Source: Lytechinus pictus
Lineage: Eukaryota
NCBI RefSeq assembly: GCF_037042905.1
Contig: NC_087245.1
Span: forward strand, 13,704,001 to 13,768,000
Length of the DNA: 64,000 nucleotides
Direction: 5' to 3'
How positions within the stretch are numbered: position 1 is the stretch's first letter; every line of letters starts with the position of its first letter. The notes under the pieces were generated by a model. It did not search any database. It was not told the DNA's origin and saw only the letters and a list, made by a program, of their open reading frames with translations. Below are positions 1 to 9,624 of this stretch, piece by piece. The translations under genes were made by a program, and so were the position numbers.

Positions 1-295
1 TCATCAGACCCAAGGATTACTCTGATTACAGTGATGACCAGACTTTTCACTAGAATAGTTAATCTGGTCTGACATATTTTACATCTTTGGGCTTGTATTA
101 ATGAACAAAGATATAAGTCAGGAGTTGGGGGTGGCACTAGGGTTCCCATATTGATGCAAACGCCACTGTTTTCCTGAGGGGCACCCCTGAAGGAAAATTG
201 TCACATTCATGTCACATCTCATTCCATTTTGTTCATTGCTAATTCAGACAAAATCAGATATTTTAGTTGATTCACCTTCCTTTGCCTCATGACAG

Positions 296-450
296 GGAAA
301 TGAAGAACGTCTGCTTCGTCAATACCACTTCATTGCCTGGCCAACCCACAGCACACCCAAGGTTAGCAGACCAGTGCTAAGCTTTGTGAAAAACATCAGA
401 GACGAGTTAGCATCGGCCAAGCTCAAAGGACCACTTGTCATCCATTGTGG
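296..450 (+). CDS. PTP exon (WPD-loop region to HC of P-loop), 155 nt
   Basis: gacag|GGA AAT GAA ... CAT TGT GG|gtaagt. Confidence 0.92.
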
Positions 451-3400
451 GTAAGTGCAGAGATCAGAAGAGAAATCCTGTCCAAGATTTACCTTAACAC
501 TCCTTCATTGATTCACTCATCACAGCCAAGTCATTATGTATCTTGCTCTTCAAACCTTCTCTTGCACTGTCTAACTACAGCAGTCACAATGACAAATATC
601 ACTGGCAACTGTAAAGGATCTTGATAGTCACCAATCATATTGATAGAGAGGCGGCAATTAGGAGCGAAGCAGAAATACTCTTGCTATAGGAATATTTTAA
701 CATCTGTACTACGAGACGCTAAAAAATCATATTATGATGAAAAGTTTAAGTCAGTCTTCAAAGATATGAAGGGAACCTGGAAAATTATAAGACAAACGCT
801 AAATTCAAAACAAAAGAGTCAGGGTCCCTCTAAACTTTTAGTAGATGGGGTTTTGACTGAAGATCATGTACAAATGAGTAACGCTTGTAATCAATTCTTC
901 TCATCAATAGGAAATAAATTGTCATCTAGTCTTCCCGCAAGTAAAAAACTCTTCCATGATTACCTTGGTAATCGACTTCCCTGTTCATGTTTCTTTACTC
1001 CTGTCGTTGAAAAGGAAGTGATTGACATTGTTCATAATTTGAAAACAAATAAGGCTGCTGGGTATGATGGCCTATCTAATAAGCTTATTAAAGAAGTTAT
1101 TGATGTTATTGTTTCTCCTATTACTCATATATTCAATTTATCTATTGTACATGGAATCGTTCCTTTGAGTATGAAGATAGCCAAAGTTGTGCCGATTTAC
1201 AAAAAGGGAAACCCTCAGGAAGTTGGAAATTACCGGCCCATCTCTCTTCTTACATGTTTTTCTAAAATTCTTGAAAAGATAATTTCTGTTCGTGTTATGA
1301 AATTTTTGAAAACTAATAATATTCTCGCTCCTGAACAATTTGGTTTTCGTGAAAAACATACTACCTCTCATGCTCTGTTACATTTTATTGACAAAATTTC
1401 TTCCGCAAAAGATAATGGGCTACATACTGTCGGTATATTCCTAGACTACTCCAAAGCCTTCGACACGATTGACCATGACATCCTTTTGTATAAACTATCT
1501 TTCTATGGATTCCGGGGTAAGGCTTTGGAGTGGTTCAAGAGCTACCTCTCTGATAGAAAACAGTTTGTATTTTTAAATGGTGTTAAGTCTCCCATGCAGT
1601 CAATTACATGTGGAGTGCCACAAGGTTCACTCCTTGGACCTATCTTATTTCTCATATATATTAATGATTTCCCTCAGTCATCAAAAATCCTTTCATTTAT
1701 CCTGTTTGCAGATGACTCAAGCATATTTTTTTCTGAAAAGAACCCCTGCAATTTATTGCAAACTATCAATTCAGAATTGATTTCTGTTAACGAATGGATC
1801 ATTGCTAACAGGCTTTCCTTAAATCTTGTTAAAACAAACTACATGTTATTCAGCAACACCCTAGCAACATTGCCAGATAATATTACAATCAGTGATGTTC
1901 AGATTACTGAAGTCTTGAGTACAAAATTCCTTGGGGTACACATTGATAGTAAGCTGAACTGGAAAGTTCACATATCCTATTTATGTAAACTTCTTTCCAG
2001 AAATTCAGGAGTCATTAATTCATTGAAGAGTATATTCCCAAAAAATATTTTATGCATGTTGTACACAACTCTCATTTTGCCTTACTTGAATTATTGCATC
2101 CTTGCCTGGGGTAATGCTGCTAAAGTTCATTTAGATGGGTTATTTAAAGTCCAGAAAAGGGTACTTAGACTAGTATGTGGAGTAAGTTCACGATCTCACA
2201 CTAATATTTTGTTTTATGAAAACAAGTTCCTTAATTTACATGACATATTTGATCTCAACCTTGGTTGCATTATGTATCAATTAAATAAAAGAGAACTTCC
2301 ACTTGCCCTTGATTCATTATGTGTTAGAAATGACCAAATCCATTCTTACTATACAAGACAAGTTTCTTTTCTCCACTTGCCATTGGTCAAAACTAGTTTT
2401 CGGCTAAATACATTTGTTTATACAGGGCCAAAATTATGGAACTCCCTTCCTTCTTCATTGAAGCAATCAGTTAGCCTTAGTGTTTTTAGAAACAAGTTAA
2501 AGACCGATTTACTGAAGAAATACTTAGATCAGTAAACAAATGCCTGCTTGTTATATCTCGTCTAACTTTATAAGTTGTATTCTTCCCACAATTATCTATG
2601 CAAAAATAGAGCTCTGCCTATTTTCTTTATTTTTTCCTCTTTTCTTTCTTCTTTTCGAATTTCAGATTCTTATACTTTAGGTCTAATAGAATGCTTGCAT
2701 TCTGCATTTCACCTTTTTGTTACTTTTTAGTGTATCTTTTGTAAATATGTATATCTGTACTTTGGTTATTTACTCAAATTTTTTGTTTGCTTGTTCTATG
2801 ATGTTTTAAAATGATTGCTAATGTAAGTTTTTTAACATTCTGGTGGCCTATGGCCCACAAGCTAAGCTTCTTAGTAGGTCACCACGTTTCATTTCCATCT
2901 CTTCTCATGGGTGTTACTAATGTTCCATAAAAAGTAGTGCATGTATTATGTATATTCTGTAATTATCTTGTAATTATTTACTTTTGTTCTTTGCTATTTA
3001 CTTGTATCCCAATAATTTACTGTTGTTATTATTGTTGTTTGATATCGGAATTGAAACGAAATAAAGATTCATTCATTCATTCATTCATTCAATATATTGT
3101 CATCATTTCAGAAGAAATGCTGGTTCTTCTTGAAAGGGTTGTCATGGCTTGAGAAGTTCATAAAGTGAAGTAGAAATTGAGATAAATGGGGATCAGACGT
3201 ACCAAAAAGTTTATTATTTTATGAAATATTATGAAATTGCCCTCGAACATTCATGAGACTAATCGTGCATCCCTAACCTTTGTTTGTTACAGAGCTGGTA
3301 TTGGACGGTCAGGTGTCTTCATTGCTCTGGACATCCTGTTGCAAGAGTTGAAAGCAGATGATAGAACGGTTGATGTGTTTGCCGTCGTTGCCAAGATGCG

Positions 3401-4445
3401 CAGAGAGAGATGTTCAATGGTTCAATCACTGGTAAGTCACCGAAGCACTACCAAGACAATTGTGGGTGCCTCTGCAGTGATGATGATGGTGGTGAGATGG
3501 ATGAGGTTGAGAAGAAGGAGGATGGTAATAAAAATGAAGAAGATAGTGGTGGTGGTGATGATTCGTTGATGTTTTAATATGATTATGATCATGATGCATG
3601 TTACTGTGATAATGATGATGTTGATAATTATTATATTTATTGCTGATATTGATGATGGTGGTGATGATGATGATGGTGACGATTTATGATGAAAATGATG
3701 AGGGTGTTGGTGGCGGTGATGAAGACAATGATGAATGAGGATGACAACTACAATGCTTATAATAACAGTGCATTCACCATATTACATTACACCATTCTAT
3801 CACAATGCAAAGTATTTTGACATGTTCATCAAATGTGAAATGGAATGAGGGATAAGAAATAAAATGATGAGTAAAATGACAGAAATAATTTTTATTTTTT
3901 AATTATTATTTGTCTGCTTTCAGGTGCAGTACATATTCTTGCATCGTGCGCTTGGAGACTACCTTCGTGGGCATGGCCATGTCATCGAGGCTAGTAGTAT
4001 AGAGGGATCAGATGGTATGTAAACTCATTCAAATTCATTCCCATATATTTCTTTCTAAAATGTACAGTTTGAAACATTTTTTATACAGATTTCATCTTCA
4101 ATTTCAGGAGATGAACATGTATTGTGTGGGTTTTTCCCAAATCTGAATGTCTTTGTGAAGTGCATGTGGCTCACAGTAGAATGAGTAAAGTTCTCACAGC
4201 AAACCCCACTTTATTATTATTATTATAATACACATTTTCAAAATGAATGTCTCTTTGACAGTTTCTCCCACGATCCATTATCTAGCCAGATCTACAAACC
4301 CTTTCATATGAAAAAAAATGTTAAGCATTGTTCAATGTACAGATAATAAATCTTCATGATACGAATGAACTTTTCTTTCTTTGATTCTATAGTTGGGAGC
4401 ATTCAATCAGATGAAATAGAGGAGATGAGTAACACATCGCTTTGA
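296..4445 (+). CDS. Classical (probably receptor-type) protein tyrosine phosphatase, 3' part; join(296..450,3293..3431,3924..4014,4393..4445); 5' exons lie upstream of the window
   Basis: The spliced translation is GNEERLLRQYHFIAWPTHSTPKVSRPVLSFVKNIRDELASAKLKGPLVIHCG|AGIGRSGVFIALDILLQELKADDRTVDVFAVVAKMRRERCSMVQSL|VQYIFLHRALGDYLRGHGHVIEASSIEGSD|VGSIQSDEIEEMSNTSL*. It shows the PTP motifs QYHF..WP, VIHC.AG.GR.G and MVQ...QY.F. All junctions are AG/GT with consistent phase. Confidence 0.93.
640..2535 (+). CDS. LINE ORF2 reverse transcriptase (N-terminally truncated; no genuine start codon)
   Basis: Motifs KAAGYDG, NYRPISLL, QFGFR, FLDYSKAFDTIDH, GVPQGSLLGPILFLIYIND, FADD and KFLGV; C-terminal GPKLWNSLP. 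Confidence 0.9.
   Translation: MIERRQLGAKQKYSCYRNILTSVLRDAKKSYYDEKFKSVFKDMKGTWKIIRQTLNSKQKSQGPSKLLVDGVLTEDHVQMSNACNQFFSSIGNKLSSSLPASKKLFHDYLGNRLPCSCFFTPVVEKEVIDIVHNLKTNKAAGYDGLSNKLIKEVIDVIVSPITHIFNLSIVHGIVPLSMKIAKVVPIYKKGNPQEVGNYRPISLLTCFSKILEKIISVRVMKFLKTNNILAPEQFGFREKHTTSHALLHFIDKISSAKDNGLHTVGIFLDYSKAFDTIDHDILLYKLSFYGFRGKALEWFKSYLSDRKQFVFLNGVKSPMQSITCGVPQGSLLGPILFLIYINDFPQSSKILSFILFADDSSIFFSEKNPCNLLQTINSELISVNEWIIANRLSLNLVKTNYMLFSNTLATLPDNITISDVQITEVLSTKFLGVHIDSKLNWKVHISYLCKLLSRNSGVINSLKSIFPKNILCMLYTTLILPYLNYCILAWGNAAKVHLDGLFKVQKRVLRLVCGVSSRSHTNILFYENKFLNLHDIFDLNLGCIMYQLNKRELPLALDSLCVRNDQIHSYYTRQVSFLHLPLVKTSFRLNTFVYTGPKLWNSLPSSLKQSVSLSVFRNKLKTDLLKKYLDQ
640..3091 (+). mobile_element. 5'-truncated non-LTR retrotransposon (CR1-group: CR1/L2/Crack-like LINE) in a PTP intron
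   Basis: A 631-codon open RT frame lacks the endonuclease domain. It is followed by a ~530-nt 3' UTR, AATAAA at 3060-3065 and an (ATTC)n microsatellite tail at ~3067-3091. No clear TSD. Confidence 0.9.
3293..3431 (+). CDS. PTP exon (AGIGRSG to MVQSL)
   Basis: ttacag|A GCT GGT ATT GGA CGG ... CAA TCA CTG|gtaagt; lies inside track ORF 3231..3569. Confidence 0.93.
3478..3752. repeat. Degenerate (GAT/GGT)n low-complexity tract
   Basis: Runs of gatgatgatggtggtg in the PTP intron. Confidence 0.75.
3924..4014 (+). CDS. PTP exon (Q-loop VQYIFLH...)
   Basis: tttcag|GTG CAG TAC ATA TTC ... TCA GAT G|gtatgt. Confidence 0.88.
4393..4445 (+). CDS. PTP terminal coding exon ending ...MSNTSL*
   Basis: Polypyrimidine tract and ctatag|TT GGG AGC ... 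TCG CTT TGA; phase 1 matches the previous exon. Confidence 0.72.
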
Positions 4446-5353
4446 GGTCACTTCATTCAAACGCGGAAACAAGGCAAGATGTGCCTCCATTGCCAACAGT
4501 AACTACATGCATAATGCAAAGATATATCAAATACTCTTTTGTTAAATATGTATTTCAAATGTCTGGATCAGAGTGATATTGAAACCATTTTTAATTGGTA
4601 AAAAGCACTTTGTATTCTTGTATTATTTAATTTTTCAATACTACCCCCTTCTCTCTCTCTTACCACCTCTCTCCTTCCCTTTATATATGTATGGCCCTTG
4701 CCATTCAATTGTGTCTATCAATTGATGCTTTTATTTTGATATGCTTTGATTTGATGCCCTCGTGATTTTTTTAGATTTGACCCCAAAATAAAATAGGGAA
4801 TTTTAACAGACTGCAACTTCAATTATGTGGGTGTTTTGCAAATGGATTTTTATCTGAGCCAATTTTTATCTGAAATAGGCAAGGAAAATGAAAAGAATCA
4901 GTTTTTGAAATATGGGTTGATTTGTACTGTGCTGCAATGGTGGTTTCTATCTGTTAATAATGGCATCACTGCAAATTCTTCTTTTAACAATGTAGTATAC
5001 CAGCAAATGTCTTAATATGTAGTGGATTATTTTGGAGAAACTTCGATCTGATCGAAATCTGATTTTAGTTTGTGAACAACAAGTCTTTCATTCACACTAT
5101 GATGATGCAAAGTCACATGTATAAGTCTTTCATTGCACTATTATATGTATTGTACATATACAATGAGTTCAGATTTGTATTGAAAATACATTTGTTTTAT
5201 TTCCTTTTATATTTACATTTTGTGATTATGTATATTAAAGTATTTTTTAGAAATTTAACTTGTAATACAGACAACTCAGGTTATGTGGGCTCTTCATTTC
5301 CCCCCTATTATTTTGTAATACATTTATGTCTTATTTGTAATATATATCTTGTG

Positions 5354-5568
5354 GGCGTTGCAAGAAAATATTTGCAATCAATTGCAAATTTCAGTTGCAA
5401 CTTTAAAAGTGATAGATTTTCAATTAAGATTTTAACTTAAGCAAATCGATTTATACTTATTGATACAGAAAACAGACCAGCTATCAATTGCACCACTACC
5501 TGCAAGACTTATGATTGAATTGTGTACATAAAATTGACTTGCAATTGATTGTTAGTTTCTTGCAACAC
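5354..5568. mobile_element. Degenerate palindromic MITE
   Basis: Inverted ends gttgcaagaaa...ttgcaatcaattgcaa / ttgcaattgattg...tttcttgcaac. Confidence 0.5.
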
Positions 5569-6729
5569 TTCATTAGAAATAGAGGGAGACCATAGAGAAA
5601 TGGAAAATTCTTTCATTTTCACAAATATTACACTTTAAATGACCAAGCTCACCTCAAACATACATAAATACAGGATTCATTTCGAATTCTAGCTTGCCAT
5701 GAATAAAATCGTATTAATAATCATACAGGACAATCAATATGAGTGGTGTCCATTTCACATGTCACTATAGAAGATTTTGATTTGGAGTAAAAATTCATGT
5801 TTGAATGAAAAAGTATTTGCCCTACTTTGCAAGTTCTCTTTCCATGTTTTTAAAAGATATTGGTTATATCCTAATAATTCATGTATATGAATTATATATC
5901 TTCTTACTTTTTAATTCAATGAACTGTCCCATTTAAGACATGTTCCATTTCTTTTTGGTATCCCTTATGGTTTCAATCAATTTTCATTGCAATAAATAAT
6001 GAAAAATTGTTTTGATTTTCTTTATTAATTGAATATTTATGAGTATATAATCTACTGGAAATTTCCTATTTACATTGAAATAATTTCTTCCTTCCAAATG
6101 ATTTATATACATTGTGATATATTTAATCTGACAGGAATTAGTTTAGAATATCCAATGTTATTATTGCTAGATTGTAAATTCTGTTTATGTGACAGAATTT
6201 AATCACCTTTCAACGACCAACTATGCACTATCTCTTAGAATTGGCTGAACAATAATTTGTTAACATGCACTATATCTATAAAAGTGAATGAAAAAGTCTT
6301 TCAAGAAATCGTCTATTTTGATAAGCTTGCAAATGTTTTGAGAGATAATTCTTAGTCTTTCAATCTGTTTTATCATATAGGTGGTGGTGGTGGGACGTAC
6401 TGCACTTATTAAAAATATACATACATATTATATATTTTCGTACATTTGTAAAGATCATGTGTAATGATTAATGATATTCTGTATTTTGTTTGATTTTTGC
6501 AAGATTCTTGCAGGCAATACTTTCGTATGAATCCTTTATGAGGTATGCAAAAATTATTGATTAACATTCAGCCCTTGTGGGCTCATTCTCTTTAGTTTAT
6601 GATCAAAGAAAATGTAGGGAACAAATATTACCTTATTCATTTCATGAAAAGCTCTGGTCTAATACTATATTATACCACATTATATTTTATTGCATCACTG
6701 CAAATTAATTTAATAATTAGGATTTCGAT

Positions 6730-6868
6730 CTGGGGCCCATTTCACAGAGGACTTGCAACTGTTTTTGGAACAGTAGAGCTACCATGGTAACAAGGCTCTA
6801 CAGCCAATCACAATCAAGGTTTCCCTGGTAGTTGCCACATTTGTACCTATTTATGAAACAGGCCCCAG
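6730..6868. mobile_element. ~140-bp MITE with central CCAAT motif (Harbinger-like family, copy 1)
   Basis: TIR ctggggcccatttca / tgaaacaggccccag; internal cagccaatcacaatcaagg shared with the copies at 17394, 17923 and 60376. Confidence 0.7.
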
Positions 6869-7110
6869 GTCTTACAAAGAAGTTGTGATTGAGCCAATCA
6901 GTCTCAACTATGGAAGGCCACCAAATTCATCATCTCGAATTCAAGTGTCTGGTGAGTATCCTCTAAGTATGATGAACACTTGACCAATCAACATTCCTCC
7001 ATTTGTTTACACAGTAACAGTGAATACATGGAGATAGAGAATTATGACGTTAACGGCCTTCCATAGTTAAGATTGGTTAGATCAGTCACAAGTCTATGTA
7101 AGAACGGGCC
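6867..7110. mobile_element. Degenerate MITE abutting the previous one
   Basis: Inverted similarity gtcttacaaagaagttgtgattga..ccaatc..tcaactatggaaggcc / ggccttccatagttaagattgg..cagtcacaagtctatgtaagaacgggcc. Confidence 0.6.
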
Positions 7111-8610
7111 TTGGTAATGTCTATGTACTTTCTTAACCAGAGGTCTACTTCAACTCGATATAAACATTTCTTTTTCATTATATGCAATTATTCCAATTCG
7201 TCCTTATTCACTGTACAATCCAGTAGGCTGAAAATGGTATGCAAAACATATACATTCAATTTACATATGTCTTTTATCAATAAATGAAATGTACAACTTC
7301 GAATTTATATAAACAGATGATTTGTTGATGTTGGGTAAAGGGTGATCATATTATCAATAAATTATGGTTATAAACGTAATAGCCAGGCATCTGTTAATGT
7401 TTCATTATTTTGTACTTATGGCTTTTCATATGAGAAGTGAATGCAAGTCCCTATTATTATTTATTCTGGAAATAGGTGGGAGCAGACATTATTGTCGTAC
7501 AGCAATATGTGACAGATCCTTTACTCTAAGGGTTTAGATTGCAATTCTCATTTGTCTATTTATCATGAGAATCCTTAAAAGGCACTGTCACATAGTACTA
7601 TCTGAAAAAAGGTATGTACTTTATGTTTATTTGACTTATCAATATTATTCATGAGCTGTTTTGCAGATGCATGTAGACATTACAGATTGCACTAGCTATT
7701 TCAAACTTTGGACATACTCCAGTCATATCTGCACTCCCTTTTATGAAAATATGAAGACTGTGGGAGAGGAGTCAGTTTTGGTAGAATGTGACAGGGCTTT
7801 AATGCAATAGAAACTGATAATAATATCTATACCAACTCTTGAACAGCCTTGAGATTTTTAATAGTTTCTATGTAATACTTAAATACTTGAACATGTCATT
7901 TATTAGATAGCACTGGACTCCATATTAACTGCTTGGTTCTACAAACTTATCCTGAAGGAGTATGGAACTAATTAGATAGAAACTAAAATTGTTTATTCAA
8001 AATACATATGTATACTTACATAGATATATAATATATTCATTTTATATATGAATTTCACATGCAATAAGCACATAACACAAGTACAAAAATACAATTTGGA
8101 TAAACTAAACAGTAATGTAATAGCGTAATAAAATGACATACTTATAAAAAAGATGATAAATATGTATTTTAAAGTAATTCTGGACAATTCCTAAATAATG
8201 TTGAAAAACAGAAATCAAGAATTATTAATAAATATATACAGATATGGTATCATAGGAAATGAAGATCATGAAAGACCGGCCCTTGCATGTTTATATGAAA
8301 AGAAGATGAAAGGATTGATCGGTTGTTGAAGGTTCGTGTAATAGAGAAAACAACACACAACTGTGTGTAAGCAATCCGGAATTCTTCCTCCTGATTGTAG
8401 TTCGTGAGTCTCTCAGAATGCTAACCTTCCAAGTTGGTTCAATTACGGGAGTTTCACGCTAATTTGTATATAAGTATCATGACAAATTTATATCAAGAAA
8501 TAACCCTTACAGTAAAAAAAGGTACTTTCTTTCAAACAGTTCGGCAACATTTGAAATGGTGACCATCGTTCTGTTGTAGCCATGCATGATGTTATTGGCC
8601 TGATTTGTCG

Positions 8611-9624
8611 TTAGGTCTGCGTCGAGATGGAAGTGAATGTCTGTTTGCAGGCGTCATTTGGAAGCTCAGAACTTGTACTTGATCGGTTAAAACCTTTAAA
8701 ATAATTATGAGTCACTTTCTTCTCGACATCTTGGTACAACTCCTGTTCTTCTGGATCTGTTGTTCCTGATAGAGATCTTAGATTGGCATCGTGTTCTGTT
8801 GATGATATTCTGCGCCGATACGGTATTGACGGCAATGGCCTGTTTGATGATGCACTTGGAAGTTTAGAACTCGAGTCTGACTGGTTGAAACCTTTGAAAT
8901 ATGTATGGGTCATTCTTCTTTCAGCATGTTGCTTCATTTGTAATCCATCTTCACGTTCCGCAAAAGGTATTTCTTGCTGATTCCTTGGATAGTCACGCAT
9001 GCGTTCGGTTTCAATGGTTCCATCCTCATCACCAGGACGTGATGAATTCATCTTGGTGACCCACAGTGCTGCAACAGCTTCATTAGTTGGGATGGCTGAC
9101 GATCTCACATTCATAGAATTCACAGAACCCGATTCCTGGAGATCATCACTACTCGCGCTACACCTTGACCACCTAGTATCTCGCTCTTGAATACTGGCCG
9201 ATCTTACGCTGCTTGCAGCTGAATTCCTAATTGAGCCACTCCAGAAAGCGTTTCGTATCATACGCCATGTTATAGGTCTGCTTCTAGGCCTTCCATCTCC
9301 TTCGCTTTTACTTCCAGATGTTCCTTCTGTAACATCAACTACCACGCTCGTGTCCTGGGAAATTGCTGGTGTGAAGGTAGTCTGGTGCTTTTCAGGCAAC
9401 GTCAAACGAGAACCAGGAAGGCTGTCGCTGTTGCGTTGAGAACTGAGCGACGCATATATGCTTGACATTCCAGAAGTTGTGTTTGATGAGGACTTATAAC
9501 TCCTGAAGGATGATATAGTAAAACTGGAACGACCAGAAGATTCGGATCCAGAGGAGAATATCCTAGGTAACGAACTATCGGCATTGTGACGGAAATTATC
9601 AAAGAGCCAACCGAAAGAATTCCT
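8611..9624 (-). CDS. CUB-TM gene exon 6 (cytoplasmic tail)
   Basis: tttcag|AGG AAT TCT TTC GGT TGG ... runs in frame into track ORF 8611..9468. Confidence 0.83.
   Translation of the reverse strand, partial: RNSFGWLFDNFRHNADSSLPRIFSSGSESSGRSSFTISSFRSYKSSSNTTSGMSSIYASLSSQRNSDSLPGSRLTLPEKHQTTFTPAISQDTSVVVDVTEGTSGSKSEGDGRPRSRPITWRMIRNAFWSGSIRNSAASSVRSASIQERDTRWSRCSASSDDLQESGSVNSMNVRSSAIPTNEAVAALWVTKMNSSRPGDEDGTIETERMRDYPRNQQEIPFAEREDGLQMKQHAERRMTHTYFKGFNQSDSSSKLPSASSNRPLPSIPYRRRISSTEHDANLRSLSGTTDPEEQELYQDVEKKVTHNYFKGFNRSSTSSELPNDACKQTFTSISTQT

Noticed and set aside
630..645. TSD for the LINE (caatcatattg versus caatatattg at ~3090)
   Set aside because: Imperfect and AT-rich; may be microhomology or chance
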